32,000 nucleotides of DNA, taken from the NCBI RefSeq assembly GCF_001412615.1, contig NZ_CP013011.1, positions 600,001-632,000 of the forward strand, written 5' to 3'. Under the pieces are notes generated by a model. The model was not told where the DNA came from. It searched no databases and was given only the letters and a program-made list of their open reading frames with translations. This DNA is from Pyrodictium delaneyi (GTDB taxonomy: Archaea > Thermoproteota > Thermoprotei_A > Sulfolobales > Pyrodictiaceae). The position numbers and the translations under genes are program-made. Positions 25,573 to 32,000 of the stretch are shown here, piece after piece (the stretch's first letter is position 1; every line of letters starts with the position of its first letter).

Positions 25573-25772
25573 AGCCTAGCTACCACGGCTCAGCATGGGG
25601 GTGAGAGGAGGCTCATCAACCCCTCCCCGAGCCGGAACAGTCATAGCCTGGCTACCAGTCTCTAGCCCGGAGACCAGCTCCACGCGGGTAGGACTTAATA
25701 GTGTAACACTATTGCAACTCCGCATCACGCAGTATCGGCAGGGCCTGTCTGGGCCTGGAGGACGATCGTGTT

Positions 25773-25997
25773 ATGTACCCGGAGGACTTGCTGCTACTTG
25801 CAGGCTTTACTACCAATTTGCTGGGTATGGCGTTCCTGGCCCTCATAGCCTCAAAGAAGAGCCGTGCACAAGCTAACATCAAGGTGTTAAAGGAGGAGGT
25901 TGACAGAGGCATGTTAATACTAGTATTCACCGCCATAGCGTTCATGTTCGCGTTTACGCTGCTACGCCTCCTGGCTCTAGCTGAGCAGAACCTATGA
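25773..25997 (+). CDS. Small hypothetical membrane protein (74 aa, two TM helices)
   Basis: Two hydrophobic segments (LLLLAGFTTNLLGMAFLALIA; MLILVFTAIAFMFAFTLLRLLAL) are separated by a basic loop. The competing ORFs here have an Arg/Ser-rich artefact composition. Confidence 0.35.
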   Translation: MYPEDLLLLAGFTTNLLGMAFLALIASKKSRAQANIKVLKEEVDRGMLILVFTAIAFMFAFTLLRLLALAEQNL

Positions 25998-26094
25998 GAG
26001 TCCCCGCCGGCCTGAAACATTCTACCGGCTATGAGGAAGGCTAGATACGCTGAGAACCGGTAAGGTGATGATGGTTTCTGGTGCCGAGCCCTGT

Positions 26095-26463
26095 CTACTC
26101 CTCTTCGGCTTCTTCAAGCTCCTCGAGGGTATCCATGACTGCTGTCCTAGCGTCTAGTTTGACGTTCATGCCAGCCCGCTTTAATGCATCGTATATCTCG
26201 TGTGCAACCATGCTTATCTCGTCAAGTACATCCTCGATAAATGATCGGGGATCCTCTTCGGCGTCTATGACGTCTCTAATATAGTCTCTAAGTCCCTCGT
26301 ATCCAACTTTCACGAGTATGCCACTACTTGTAGGACGGACCTCGATGAAGAATGGAGCATCGGGATGCTTAATCCTCAATACATCCTTCTCGCTACGGAG
26401 GCTATAGCCCCTCCTCCTGGCTATGGGCCTAACTATGCTCTCTAGGCTGTGGAGCTCTACCAA
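26095..26463 (-). CDS. Hypothetical acidic protein (122 aa)
   Basis: The composition is plausibly globular with an acidic tail (LEELEEAEEE). The start is TTG. It lies 145 nt downstream of tRNA-Cys on the same strand. Confidence 0.5.
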   Translation of the reverse strand: MVELHSLESIVRPIARRRGYSLRSEKDVLRIKHPDAPFFIEVRPTSSGILVKVGYEGLRDYIRDVIDAEEDPRSFIEDVLDEISMVAHEIYDALKRAGMNVKLDARTAVMDTLEELEEAEEE

Positions 26464-26608
26464 GCTCTTGCACCCATACCACTATTCCACGTTTCCGGCC
26501 CCTAATGAAGGAAGGGGGTTGTGTTGGGCACAACAACCATAGGGCTGGTAGCGCATCCGTTGTCATGACGAGCTAGGGAAGGAGGGGACACCAGAGGTTT
26601 TGAGATGG

Positions 26609-26713
26609 AGCCGGGGCCGGGATTTGAACCCGGGATCAACGGGTTTCTACGCGATGGGCGGATACGTCTAGGCCACTGCAGCCCGCCGCCTTCGACCGCT
26701 CGGCCACCCCGGC
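26609..26713 (-). tRNA. tRNA-Cys (anticodon GCA) with a 31-nt intron at the canonical 37/38 position (intron = plus-strand 26645-26675); CCA encoded (26606-26608)
   Basis: Minus-strand fold: acceptor GCCGGGG/CCCCGGC, discriminator U73 (a Cys identity element), D arm GCCG-AGCGGUCGA-AGGC and anticodon stem GCGGG/CCCGU. The loop is CUGCAG^[intron]^A and the T arm is CCGGG-UUCAAAU-CCCGG. Nucleotides 32-35 (CUGC) pair with intron GUAG, flanked by 3-nt bulges AG|U and AA|A. Confidence 0.85.
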
Positions 26714-26742
26714 GTCCATTACTCTCATAGCTTCTGGCCGGA

Positions 26743-26751
26743 TTTATTAAA
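26743..26751 (-). promoter_or_regulatory. TATA box (tttaataaa on the minus strand) upstream of tRNA-Cys
   Basis: Plus-strand tttattaaa lies 30-38 nt upstream of the tRNA 5' end at 26713. Confidence 0.45.
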
Positions 26752-26884
26752 GCATCGGGTGTAGTAGAACGAGCCAGGGTATGCACTGCAGCTTCCCCGG
26801 GCATAGGCTCCTGGAGGACATGCATCGTCGCGTTGAGGTATGATGTCGGGATGATAGGCTCAGGCGGAGCTGAGCCTCCGAAAG

Positions 26885-28045
26885 GTGATGAGTTTAGCCT
26901 TGGTTGACCGCCACAAGGTAATAACTGTAGGGGGCGGCCCTGCGGGGCTGCTAACGGCTGCCAATATCCGCGGCCCCAACGTGGTCGTTATCGAGGCGTC
27001 TACTAGGCCTGGCTGGCCGCCCCACTGTACTGGGCTTGTGAGCCCAGATACTGCGAGAAGATTCGGCGTAACTGATGCCATTACAGAAGTATACCGCGAG
27101 GCGGTATTTCTCGATGACGAGTTCAGAGAGATATGCAGAATAGATGGCTCACCACTAGCCGTAAGGCTCTCGAGGCCCCTCCTCGAAGAAGCACTTGCGG
27201 AGCGCGTCACGAGCCTAGGCCATAGGATACTATATGGTACGAGAGTAGCAGAGGTTAGTCCGAGCGGCTGTGTATCAATACTAGGCCGCGGCACGATTTG
27301 TGGTGAGCGAATAGTTCTAGCTGCAGGCGCTAGCCCGAGATTCATGCGCGTATTCAGGGCAGCTAGGTGTAGAGTTATCCCCGGCTTCGAGATACGTGTC
27401 CGCCTCAATGCCAGGGTAAACGAGGACAGTTTTTACACCATTCATGGGTGGCGTGTAGCGCCACAGTTCTTCGCGTGGCTAGTCCCCCTCCGGGACGGTC
27501 GCGAAGCCCTCATAGGGATTGGAGGTAGCCATCCTGTCGAGAGGCTCGAAGAACTGATCCAGCGGCTTCATAGAATAGGGGTGGAAGTGTCAAGCATAGA
27601 GAGCCATCGTGGTGGGCGCATAGTCTTAGGGCCGCCAGCGCCGAGCCCGCTTAAGGGAAGGCTGGTAGGCATAGGGGACGTGCTCTGTGCCTCAAAGCCC
27701 TTCACCGGTGGAGGACTATATGCTATATCCATGCTAGCTGGGCCTCTAGCTAAGTTTATCGAGCACGACGATGACCAACTCCTACTCGAGACGTGGAACC
27801 GTCTGCGCAGCGAGCTCAAGGCGCAATATATCCTTACAAGAGCGGCGAGAGTGTTTCTGCCCCTCTGGAAGCTTGCACTTAGGGCTGTCTGCTCGGCGGC
27901 TGCTCGGGGAGAATGTAGGATAGACTATGACAGACATAGTAGCCTAGTCTCGTGTCTTACTCCAAGGAGGGGTGCTCTGAGGGTTGGCCAAGAGGAAGCT
28001 GCTGAAAGAGATAGCAGCCGAGGTCTATGGTTCAGAGCAGGCTGA
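26885..28045 (+). CDS. FAD-dependent oxidoreductase of the geranylgeranyl reductase family
   Basis: Rossmann dinucleotide motif VITVGGGPAGLLTA and a second FAD motif LVGIGDVLCASKPFTGGGLYAI. The start is GTG 26885 or ATG 26888, preceded by AAAGGTGA. Confidence 0.8.
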   Translation: MMSLALVDRHKVITVGGGPAGLLTAANIRGPNVVVIEASTRPGWPPHCTGLVSPDTARRFGVTDAITEVYREAVFLDDEFREICRIDGSPLAVRLSRPLLEEALAERVTSLGHRILYGTRVAEVSPSGCVSILGRGTICGERIVLAAGASPRFMRVFRAARCRVIPGFEIRVRLNARVNEDSFYTIHGWRVAPQFFAWLVPLRDGREALIGIGGSHPVERLEELIQRLHRIGVEVSSIESHRGGRIVLGPPAPSPLKGRLVGIGDVLCASKPFTGGGLYAISMLAGPLAKFIEHDDDQLLLETWNRLRSELKAQYILTRAARVFLPLWKLALRAVCSAAARGECRIDYDRHSSLVSCLTPRRGALRVGQEEAAERDSSRGLWFRAG

Positions 28046-28841
28046 CCGGTTCTGGAAGAGAATAGAGATAATAGGCGATATAGCGGTCATAAGGAAACCT
28101 TTTGGAGTGGAGCTAGAGGAGTTGAAACCGCTAGCAGAGGCCTTGCTGAGAAGACTCCCTTACGTTAAGAGTGTCTGGGCAGCTTCGAGCCCTGTTGAGG
28201 GCGAGTTCCGACTCCGGCGGTATACACATCTCGCTGGCGAGAAGAGGAGCTGGACAGTCTACCGCGAGTATGGCTGCAGCTTCAAGATAGACATAACAAA
28301 GGTCTATATATCTCCTAGGCTCTCGTACGAGCACCAGCGCATAGCCCGCCTAGTAAAGCCCGGAGAAGTAGTAATCAACATGTACGCGGGTGCTGGCCTC
28401 TTCTCGATAATAATAGCTAAGCACTCACAACCAGAGAAAGTATACAGTATCGACATAAACCCGGAGGCCTACCAGATGATGGTGGAGAATGTTAAACTCA
28501 ACCGGGTAGAGGACAAAGTAGTACCCATACTTGGTGATGCGGCCAAAGTGTTGGAGGAGCGACTACAGCATACAGCAGACAGGATACTGATGCCGCTACC
28601 AGAACTAGCACTAGAGCACCTTCCCTACGCGTTAAAGGGGCTGCGTGGTCCAGGCTGGCTCCACGTGTACCTCCACGTATTCGCCGAGAAGGGTATAGAC
28701 CCGCGTAGGAAGGCTATAGAGATGCTCTCTAAGAGACTAGACGAACTAGGTGCACAGTACCGGGTAGAGCTTAGTCGTGTTGTACGCACAGTTGGGCCTA
28801 GACGCAGCCAAGTAGTAGTAGACGTCTATGTAGAGCCCTAG
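27984..28841 (+). CDS. Class I SAM-dependent tRNA methyltransferase of the Trm5/Taw2 family (tRNA G37 modification)
   Basis: IIGDIAVIRKP, VVINMYAGAGLFSIIIAK (SAM motif I), SIDINPEAYQMMVENVKLNRV, ILGDA and ADRILMPLP. The TTG start lies inside the upstream gene's 3' end. Confidence 0.8.
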   Translation: MAKRKLLKEIAAEVYGSEQADRFWKRIEIIGDIAVIRKPFGVELEELKPLAEALLRRLPYVKSVWAASSPVEGEFRLRRYTHLAGEKRSWTVYREYGCSFKIDITKVYISPRLSYEHQRIARLVKPGEVVINMYAGAGLFSIIIAKHSQPEKVYSIDINPEAYQMMVENVKLNRVEDKVVPILGDAAKVLEERLQHTADRILMPLPELALEHLPYALKGLRGPGWLHVYLHVFAEKGIDPRRKAIEMLSKRLDELGAQYRVELSRVVRTVGPRRSQVVVDVYVEP

Positions 28842-29290
28842 CGTAGAGGCAGCTCAGAGACCTTCTTGGCTGCGAACTCGAGTACAGCATACACCTCATC
28901 CTCACTATCCCGTGATATGCCAGTAACGATAACCGATGTTATTCTCCCCTCGTCATCCCGCTCAACAGTGTACTCAAGGCCCTCATACTCGCTAGCTAAG
29001 CGCTCTAGTGCGGTGAGCATGTACCTAACATAGGGATGCTGCTCGGGAACAGGCCTAGTGAAGCTCAGTCGAATAGTGTCCCTTGTCGTGGCAAGCCTCG
29101 CTGCAACACGGCCGTCCCTAGACCGGAACTCCTTGCCGCGACGGATCCCCCGGGTGGAGGATAACGCCCCGGCACTACACTCATCAAGCAGTGCTAGGAG
29201 CTGCTGGTATAGCTGAAGTCTCGCCTCAAGCTCTGCTATCTCCCGCTCTAGGAGATCGCGTAGCTCCTCGATCCGAGGCTTCTCAGCCAT
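28838..29290 (-). CDS. Hypothetical protein with an N-terminal coiled coil (150 aa)
   Basis: The N-terminus is heptad-rich (IEELRDLLEREIAELEARLQLYQQLLALL) and is followed by a mixed alpha/beta region. I recognise no family motif. Confidence 0.5.
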   Translation of the reverse strand: MAEKPRIEELRDLLEREIAELEARLQLYQQLLALLDECSAGALSSTRGIRRGKEFRSRDGRVAARLATTRDTIRLSFTRPVPEQHPYVRYMLTALERLASEYEGLEYTVERDDEGRITSVIVTGISRDSEDEVYAVLEFAAKKVSELPLR

Positions 29291-29452
29291 ATCTGTACCC
29301 CCGGAAGAAACGCAGAGACGTAGAATAACGCTCTATAGAGTCTAGCCCGTTTGAGAGGCTCTCCTAATCCTAACCAAGTTCTTACGGTATGGCTCTGCTA
29401 TTTAGGGTTAGAGTGTCTAGAAGGGCATAAAGTGTGAGGTTTTCCTTGCTAG

Positions 29453-31237
29453 ATGGGCTTGGGAGGAGGACTGAATGCTATGCAGTCCGGCATGATCCGG
29501 ACCTCTCTTGCGGTGATAATGCTGGTTCTCGTCGTAACTAGTCTCTACTCTTCTGTCGCGCTGGCAGAGTACAATGCCAGTGTTAAGCTAGGACTCCTAG
29601 CTGTGGACGGCGCTACTGGGAACGGTATAGTTGTTGATGCATGGCTCTCCGTACGATCACCTGGTAGTGGTCAAGTTGAGCTAGAGCCTAGCGACCTTGT
29701 CGAAGAGAGTACTGTGCTCTCAACACGCGTTGCTTTCTATCTAGCTAGCATAGTGAATGGGCTAAATCCCAGATTATTTGATATACATGTCTTATTTGAG
29801 ACGGATAGTCCAGTGGGTGGACCAAGTGCGAGTGGATTCATCGCAGCTGCTAGCTTGCTAGCTCTACGCGGCTTAATCCCCGATAATACAACGACTATGA
29901 CAGGAATGGTTTCACTTACTGGGTTTATACTACCGGTAGCTGGTGTAAGCGACAAAGTAGCAGCGGCTAAAGCTGCTGGGTATAAGAGGGTGCTTGTGCC
30001 ATTAAGCGAAGCTAGTAACACGACGGAAGGAATAGCTGTAGAAGGGGTATGTACCTTTGAAGAAGCAGCATCGCTTCTCTCGGATAACTATGCTCTCGGT
30101 ACGAAGACTAGTCAGTTGAGTCAGCAACCCCCAGGGCCTATAAAGAGCCGGGAAGCCGAGTTTAGGCAGCATGCAGAACTCTTCATAGAGAAAGCTTCGC
30201 AGCTCCTAGACCTGTTGCCACGGAATGAGACGCGATACGTAATTGAGATGCTTCTGGATAAAGCGCGTAACATACTCGACAATAGCCCCTATAGTGCTGC
30301 TAGTATGGCATTCATGGCATTCTATATGGCGGCATCCAGTGTGGCAATGGAGTATGGGTTTAACTACCTAGAGGAGAAGACGGGGCTAAGTCTTGACGCC
30401 GTGCTTGCAAATGCTAGCAGTGTTGTAGAGGCGCGTCTCCAGGAGTTTAGTGGTCGTGAGATATGCGGACTGTGGGGATATGAAGCTCTTGCAGCCGCAT
30501 CGGTTCGGCTATATCTAGCCGAGCATGCAGCGGACTCTGATAAGCCTGATGTCCGGGTCCTTGCACTGCTTCGTGCTCTCTCAGCAGAGTCTTGGGCCCG
30601 TCTTGCAGACCCAGACTATGGGCCTATGGTTTCCTGTAGTTTGCTAGGCCGGGCTGCCGAATTCTTTGTAGACTATATGCAGCTTTCATACAACTATATA
30701 AGGAGTATAGTGGGGCATGTACTCTTTAACATCCCTATGCCTGATGATAGAGATGTTTCCGCATGGATAAGCGATGCGAAGAGGAGTCTCGATGAAGGTA
30801 ACTATCCTCTAGCATTAGGGCTAGCGGTATACGTCATATCGTCTCTCGAGGAGTCGTTGTCTCATGGCGCTCGACTTCCAGCGAGCTGTATAGACTCCCA
30901 TGTAATGTTTCTGGAAGAAGTGTCGGTGCTTGGCAGTGGTTCGAGTCTCCCGGCAGCCCTTGTACTAGAGTACGCACTGGGCTATGGAGACTACATAGAG
31001 AATGTGACCAAGAATCCATTGCTAAGAGAGAGCCTTGAGATAGATGCAATAACCTGGCTGCTGCACTCGCTGACCGTTGAGGCTTTGACTGCAGACATAC
31101 CGGCGGGATCCCAGACAGTGAGCGTGGCTTGGAGTAACTACTACCTTCTCGGGATAACGGTTGAAGCTGTGACATTAGCAGTAATAGGCTATAGTCTAGC
31201 CGTGATCTCTCGCCGGGCTAGAGCTGAAGAAGTCTAG
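29453..31237 (+). CDS. Membrane-anchored Lon-protease-like (S16) peptidase domain without an ATPase, plus a large helical C-terminal domain (COG1750-like archaeal serine protease)
   Basis: N-terminal signal/anchor LAVIMLVLVVTSLYSSVALA. The Lon_C-type Ser-Lys dyad context is VGGPSASGFIAAASLLA and TGMVSLTGFILPVAGVSDKVAAAKAAGYKRVLVP. There are several N-x-S/T sequons and a C-terminal TM LLGITVEAVTLAVIGYSLAVI. Confidence 0.75.
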   Translation: MGLGGGLNAMQSGMIRTSLAVIMLVLVVTSLYSSVALAEYNASVKLGLLAVDGATGNGIVVDAWLSVRSPGSGQVELEPSDLVEESTVLSTRVAFYLASIVNGLNPRLFDIHVLFETDSPVGGPSASGFIAAASLLALRGLIPDNTTTMTGMVSLTGFILPVAGVSDKVAAAKAAGYKRVLVPLSEASNTTEGIAVEGVCTFEEAASLLSDNYALGTKTSQLSQQPPGPIKSREAEFRQHAELFIEKASQLLDLLPRNETRYVIEMLLDKARNILDNSPYSAASMAFMAFYMAASSVAMEYGFNYLEEKTGLSLDAVLANASSVVEARLQEFSGREICGLWGYEALAAASVRLYLAEHAADSDKPDVRVLALLRALSAESWARLADPDYGPMVSCSLLGRAAEFFVDYMQLSYNYIRSIVGHVLFNIPMPDDRDVSAWISDAKRSLDEGNYPLALGLAVYVISSLEESLSHGARLPASCIDSHVMFLEEVSVLGSGSSLPAALVLEYALGYGDYIENVTKNPLLRESLEIDAITWLLHSLTVEALTADIPAGSQTVSVAWSNYYLLGITVEAVTLAVIGYSLAVISRRARAEEV

Positions 31238-31912
31238 TAGTGTAGACTGTCTGCTTCCTCGAACTTTCTCGGTTTCTCTGTGCTGCCCCTCCTCTATAGA
31301 CTCCTTTCCTATCTCTGCTACTACCCTGGCTATAGGTCCCTTGAAGTCTTCTTCAAGTTTATTGCGTAATGGTGGCTTATAGAGCGCGGCGGCTGGATGA
31401 TATGTTACAGCTATCTTGAGCCGGACACCAGCTATAACTCCTTCATATACTTTACCATGTTGTGTAGTCATGCTATGCCATCTGTGCCCCGCAAGTTCTA
31501 GTAGTCTTCTCGCAGCATGTCTGCCTACGGCTATTATTAGGCGGGGCTTTATCAGTTGGATCTGACGTAGCAGATAGGGTAGACATGCTTCTACTTCATC
31601 ATCTTGCGGGTCGCGGTTCCCTGGAGGTCGGCATTTTACTATATTAGTGATATATACTTCTTCTCTCTTTAAGCCCGCCAACTCTAGGAGTCGTGTGAGC
31701 AGCTGGCCTGCAGCACCTACAAAGGGTCTTCCTTGCATGTCCTCGTTCCGGCCTGGTGCTTCACCTACAATCATTACGTGCGCGGTTACTGGGCCTTCGC
31801 CGGGTACAGGATTACGTCTAGTCTTGTAGAGCCGGCACTTGGTACAGTTCTGGATCTCCTCTACAAGCCTCCTATACTCTTCTTCAACATTGCCTGGGCT
31901 CATAGCAATCAT
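31196..31912 (-). CDS. udg: Family 4 (thermophilic, 4Fe-4S) uracil-DNA glycosylase with a C-terminal PIP box
   Basis: CTKCRLY...GEGPVTAHVMIVGEAPGRNEDMQGRPFVGAAGQLL...YITNIVKCRPPGNRDP...EACLPYL. The reading frame stays open to the window edge (31999), but ATG 31912 (MIAMSPG...) gives a family-typical length. Confidence 0.88.
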   Translation of the reverse strand: MIAMSPGNVEEEYRRLVEEIQNCTKCRLYKTRRNPVPGEGPVTAHVMIVGEAPGRNEDMQGRPFVGAAGQLLTRLLELAGLKREEVYITNIVKCRPPGNRDPQDDEVEACLPYLLRQIQLIKPRLIIAVGRHAARRLLELAGHRWHSMTTQHGKVYEGVIAGVRLKIAVTYHPAAALYKPPLRNKLEEDFKGPIARVVAEIGKESIEEGQHRETEKVRGSRQSTLLDFFSSSPARDHG

Positions 31913-32000
31913 GCCCGGCGTGTTGTCGGCCGTCTGGTCTAAGCTTCTAGGCAAACCCTTAGAGTATTCTGCTATGCTGTACACAACTAGGGTAGACACT

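Noticed and set aside
25595-26020. ORFs 25595-25876 (+, 93 aa) and 25709-26020 (-, 103 aa)
   Set aside because: Both have Arg/Ser/Gly/Pro-rich low-complexity compositions. The overlapping 74-aa two-TM ORF is the more protein-like reading, though it too carries low confidence.
26609-26713. Initial reading of this tRNA as a type II tRNA (Ser/Leu) with a long variable arm, or as a tRNA with two short introns
   Set aside because: No valid Ser or Leu anticodon loop could be formed. A single 31-nt intron at 37/38 gives a perfect 74-nt tRNA-Cys with loop CUGCAGA, a U73 discriminator, a 5-nt variable loop and a proper central splice helix.
26838-26872. ATGATGT ... ATGATAG ... 12 nt ... CTGA resembling a C/D sRNA
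   Set aside because: The total span is only about 35 nt and the second box deviates at two positions. The CTGA belongs to the 7-bp hairpin arm.
26502-27408. ORFs 26502-26825 (107 aa) and 26860-27408 (182 aa) on the minus strand
   Set aside because: The first spans the tRNA-Cys gene. The second is antisense to the reductase-family gene, which has a clear Rossmann motif. Both are Arg/Pro/Ser-rich.
1-32000. CRISPR arrays, transposases/IS elements, rRNA genes and known defence-system signatures
   Set aside because: No regularly spaced identical repeats, no DDE, serine or tyrosine recombinase motifs, and no rRNA-like sequence were seen on either strand by eye.

Overview
The window looks like a compact, mostly housekeeping chromosomal segment from a hyperthermophilic archaeon, probably Thermoprotei/Crenarchaeota. 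Supporting signs are an archaeal-type SAM synthetase, Rio2, an Sm-like protein, an intron-containing tRNA, A/T-rich TATA boxes about 25-30 nt upstream of genes, and GGAGGTG-type ribosome-binding sites. I support about 29 protein genes and 2 tRNAs. I saw no CRISPR array, integrase, transposase or rRNA. The genes include an XPD/Rad3-like FeS helicase and a three-gene ABC importer operon. Two further exported, membrane-anchored proteins follow: a GldG/DUF4350-like head on a coiled-coil stalk, and a calcineurin-type metallophosphoesterase on a Thr-rich stalk. Next come two tandem divergent Pol-beta-type nucleotidyltransferase paralogs, Rio2, an ArsR regulator, a macro-domain protein, tRNA-Val(GAC), a subtilisin, an AbrB-PhoU regulator, an Sm-like protein and SAM synthetase. 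The remainder comprises a COG2433/DUF460 dual RNase-H-fold protein, a cupin, a phosphoribosyltransferase, a GH130-like glycosylase and a SPOUT (Trm10-like) methyltransferase. It also holds tRNA-Cys(GCA) with a 31-nt intron, a geranylgeranyl-reductase-family flavoprotein, a Trm5-like methyltransferase, an ATPase-less membrane-anchored Lon-like peptidase, and a family-4 uracil-DNA glycosylase with a C-terminal PIP box. The best leads for something undescribed are: (i) the nucleotidyltransferase pair, which sits in an AT-rich pocket and has no HEPN partner; (ii) two GC-rich, highly self-complementary islands, each with its own TATA box and an ACA after a terminal stem, in a 461-nt gap at 21431-21891, which are candidate H/ACA-like sRNAs; (iii) a 406-nt structured gap upstream of the PhoU-like gene; (iv) the cluster of stalked cell-surface proteins; and (v) the Lon-like ectopeptidase. 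All functional calls rest on motifs read by eye. No database search was run.
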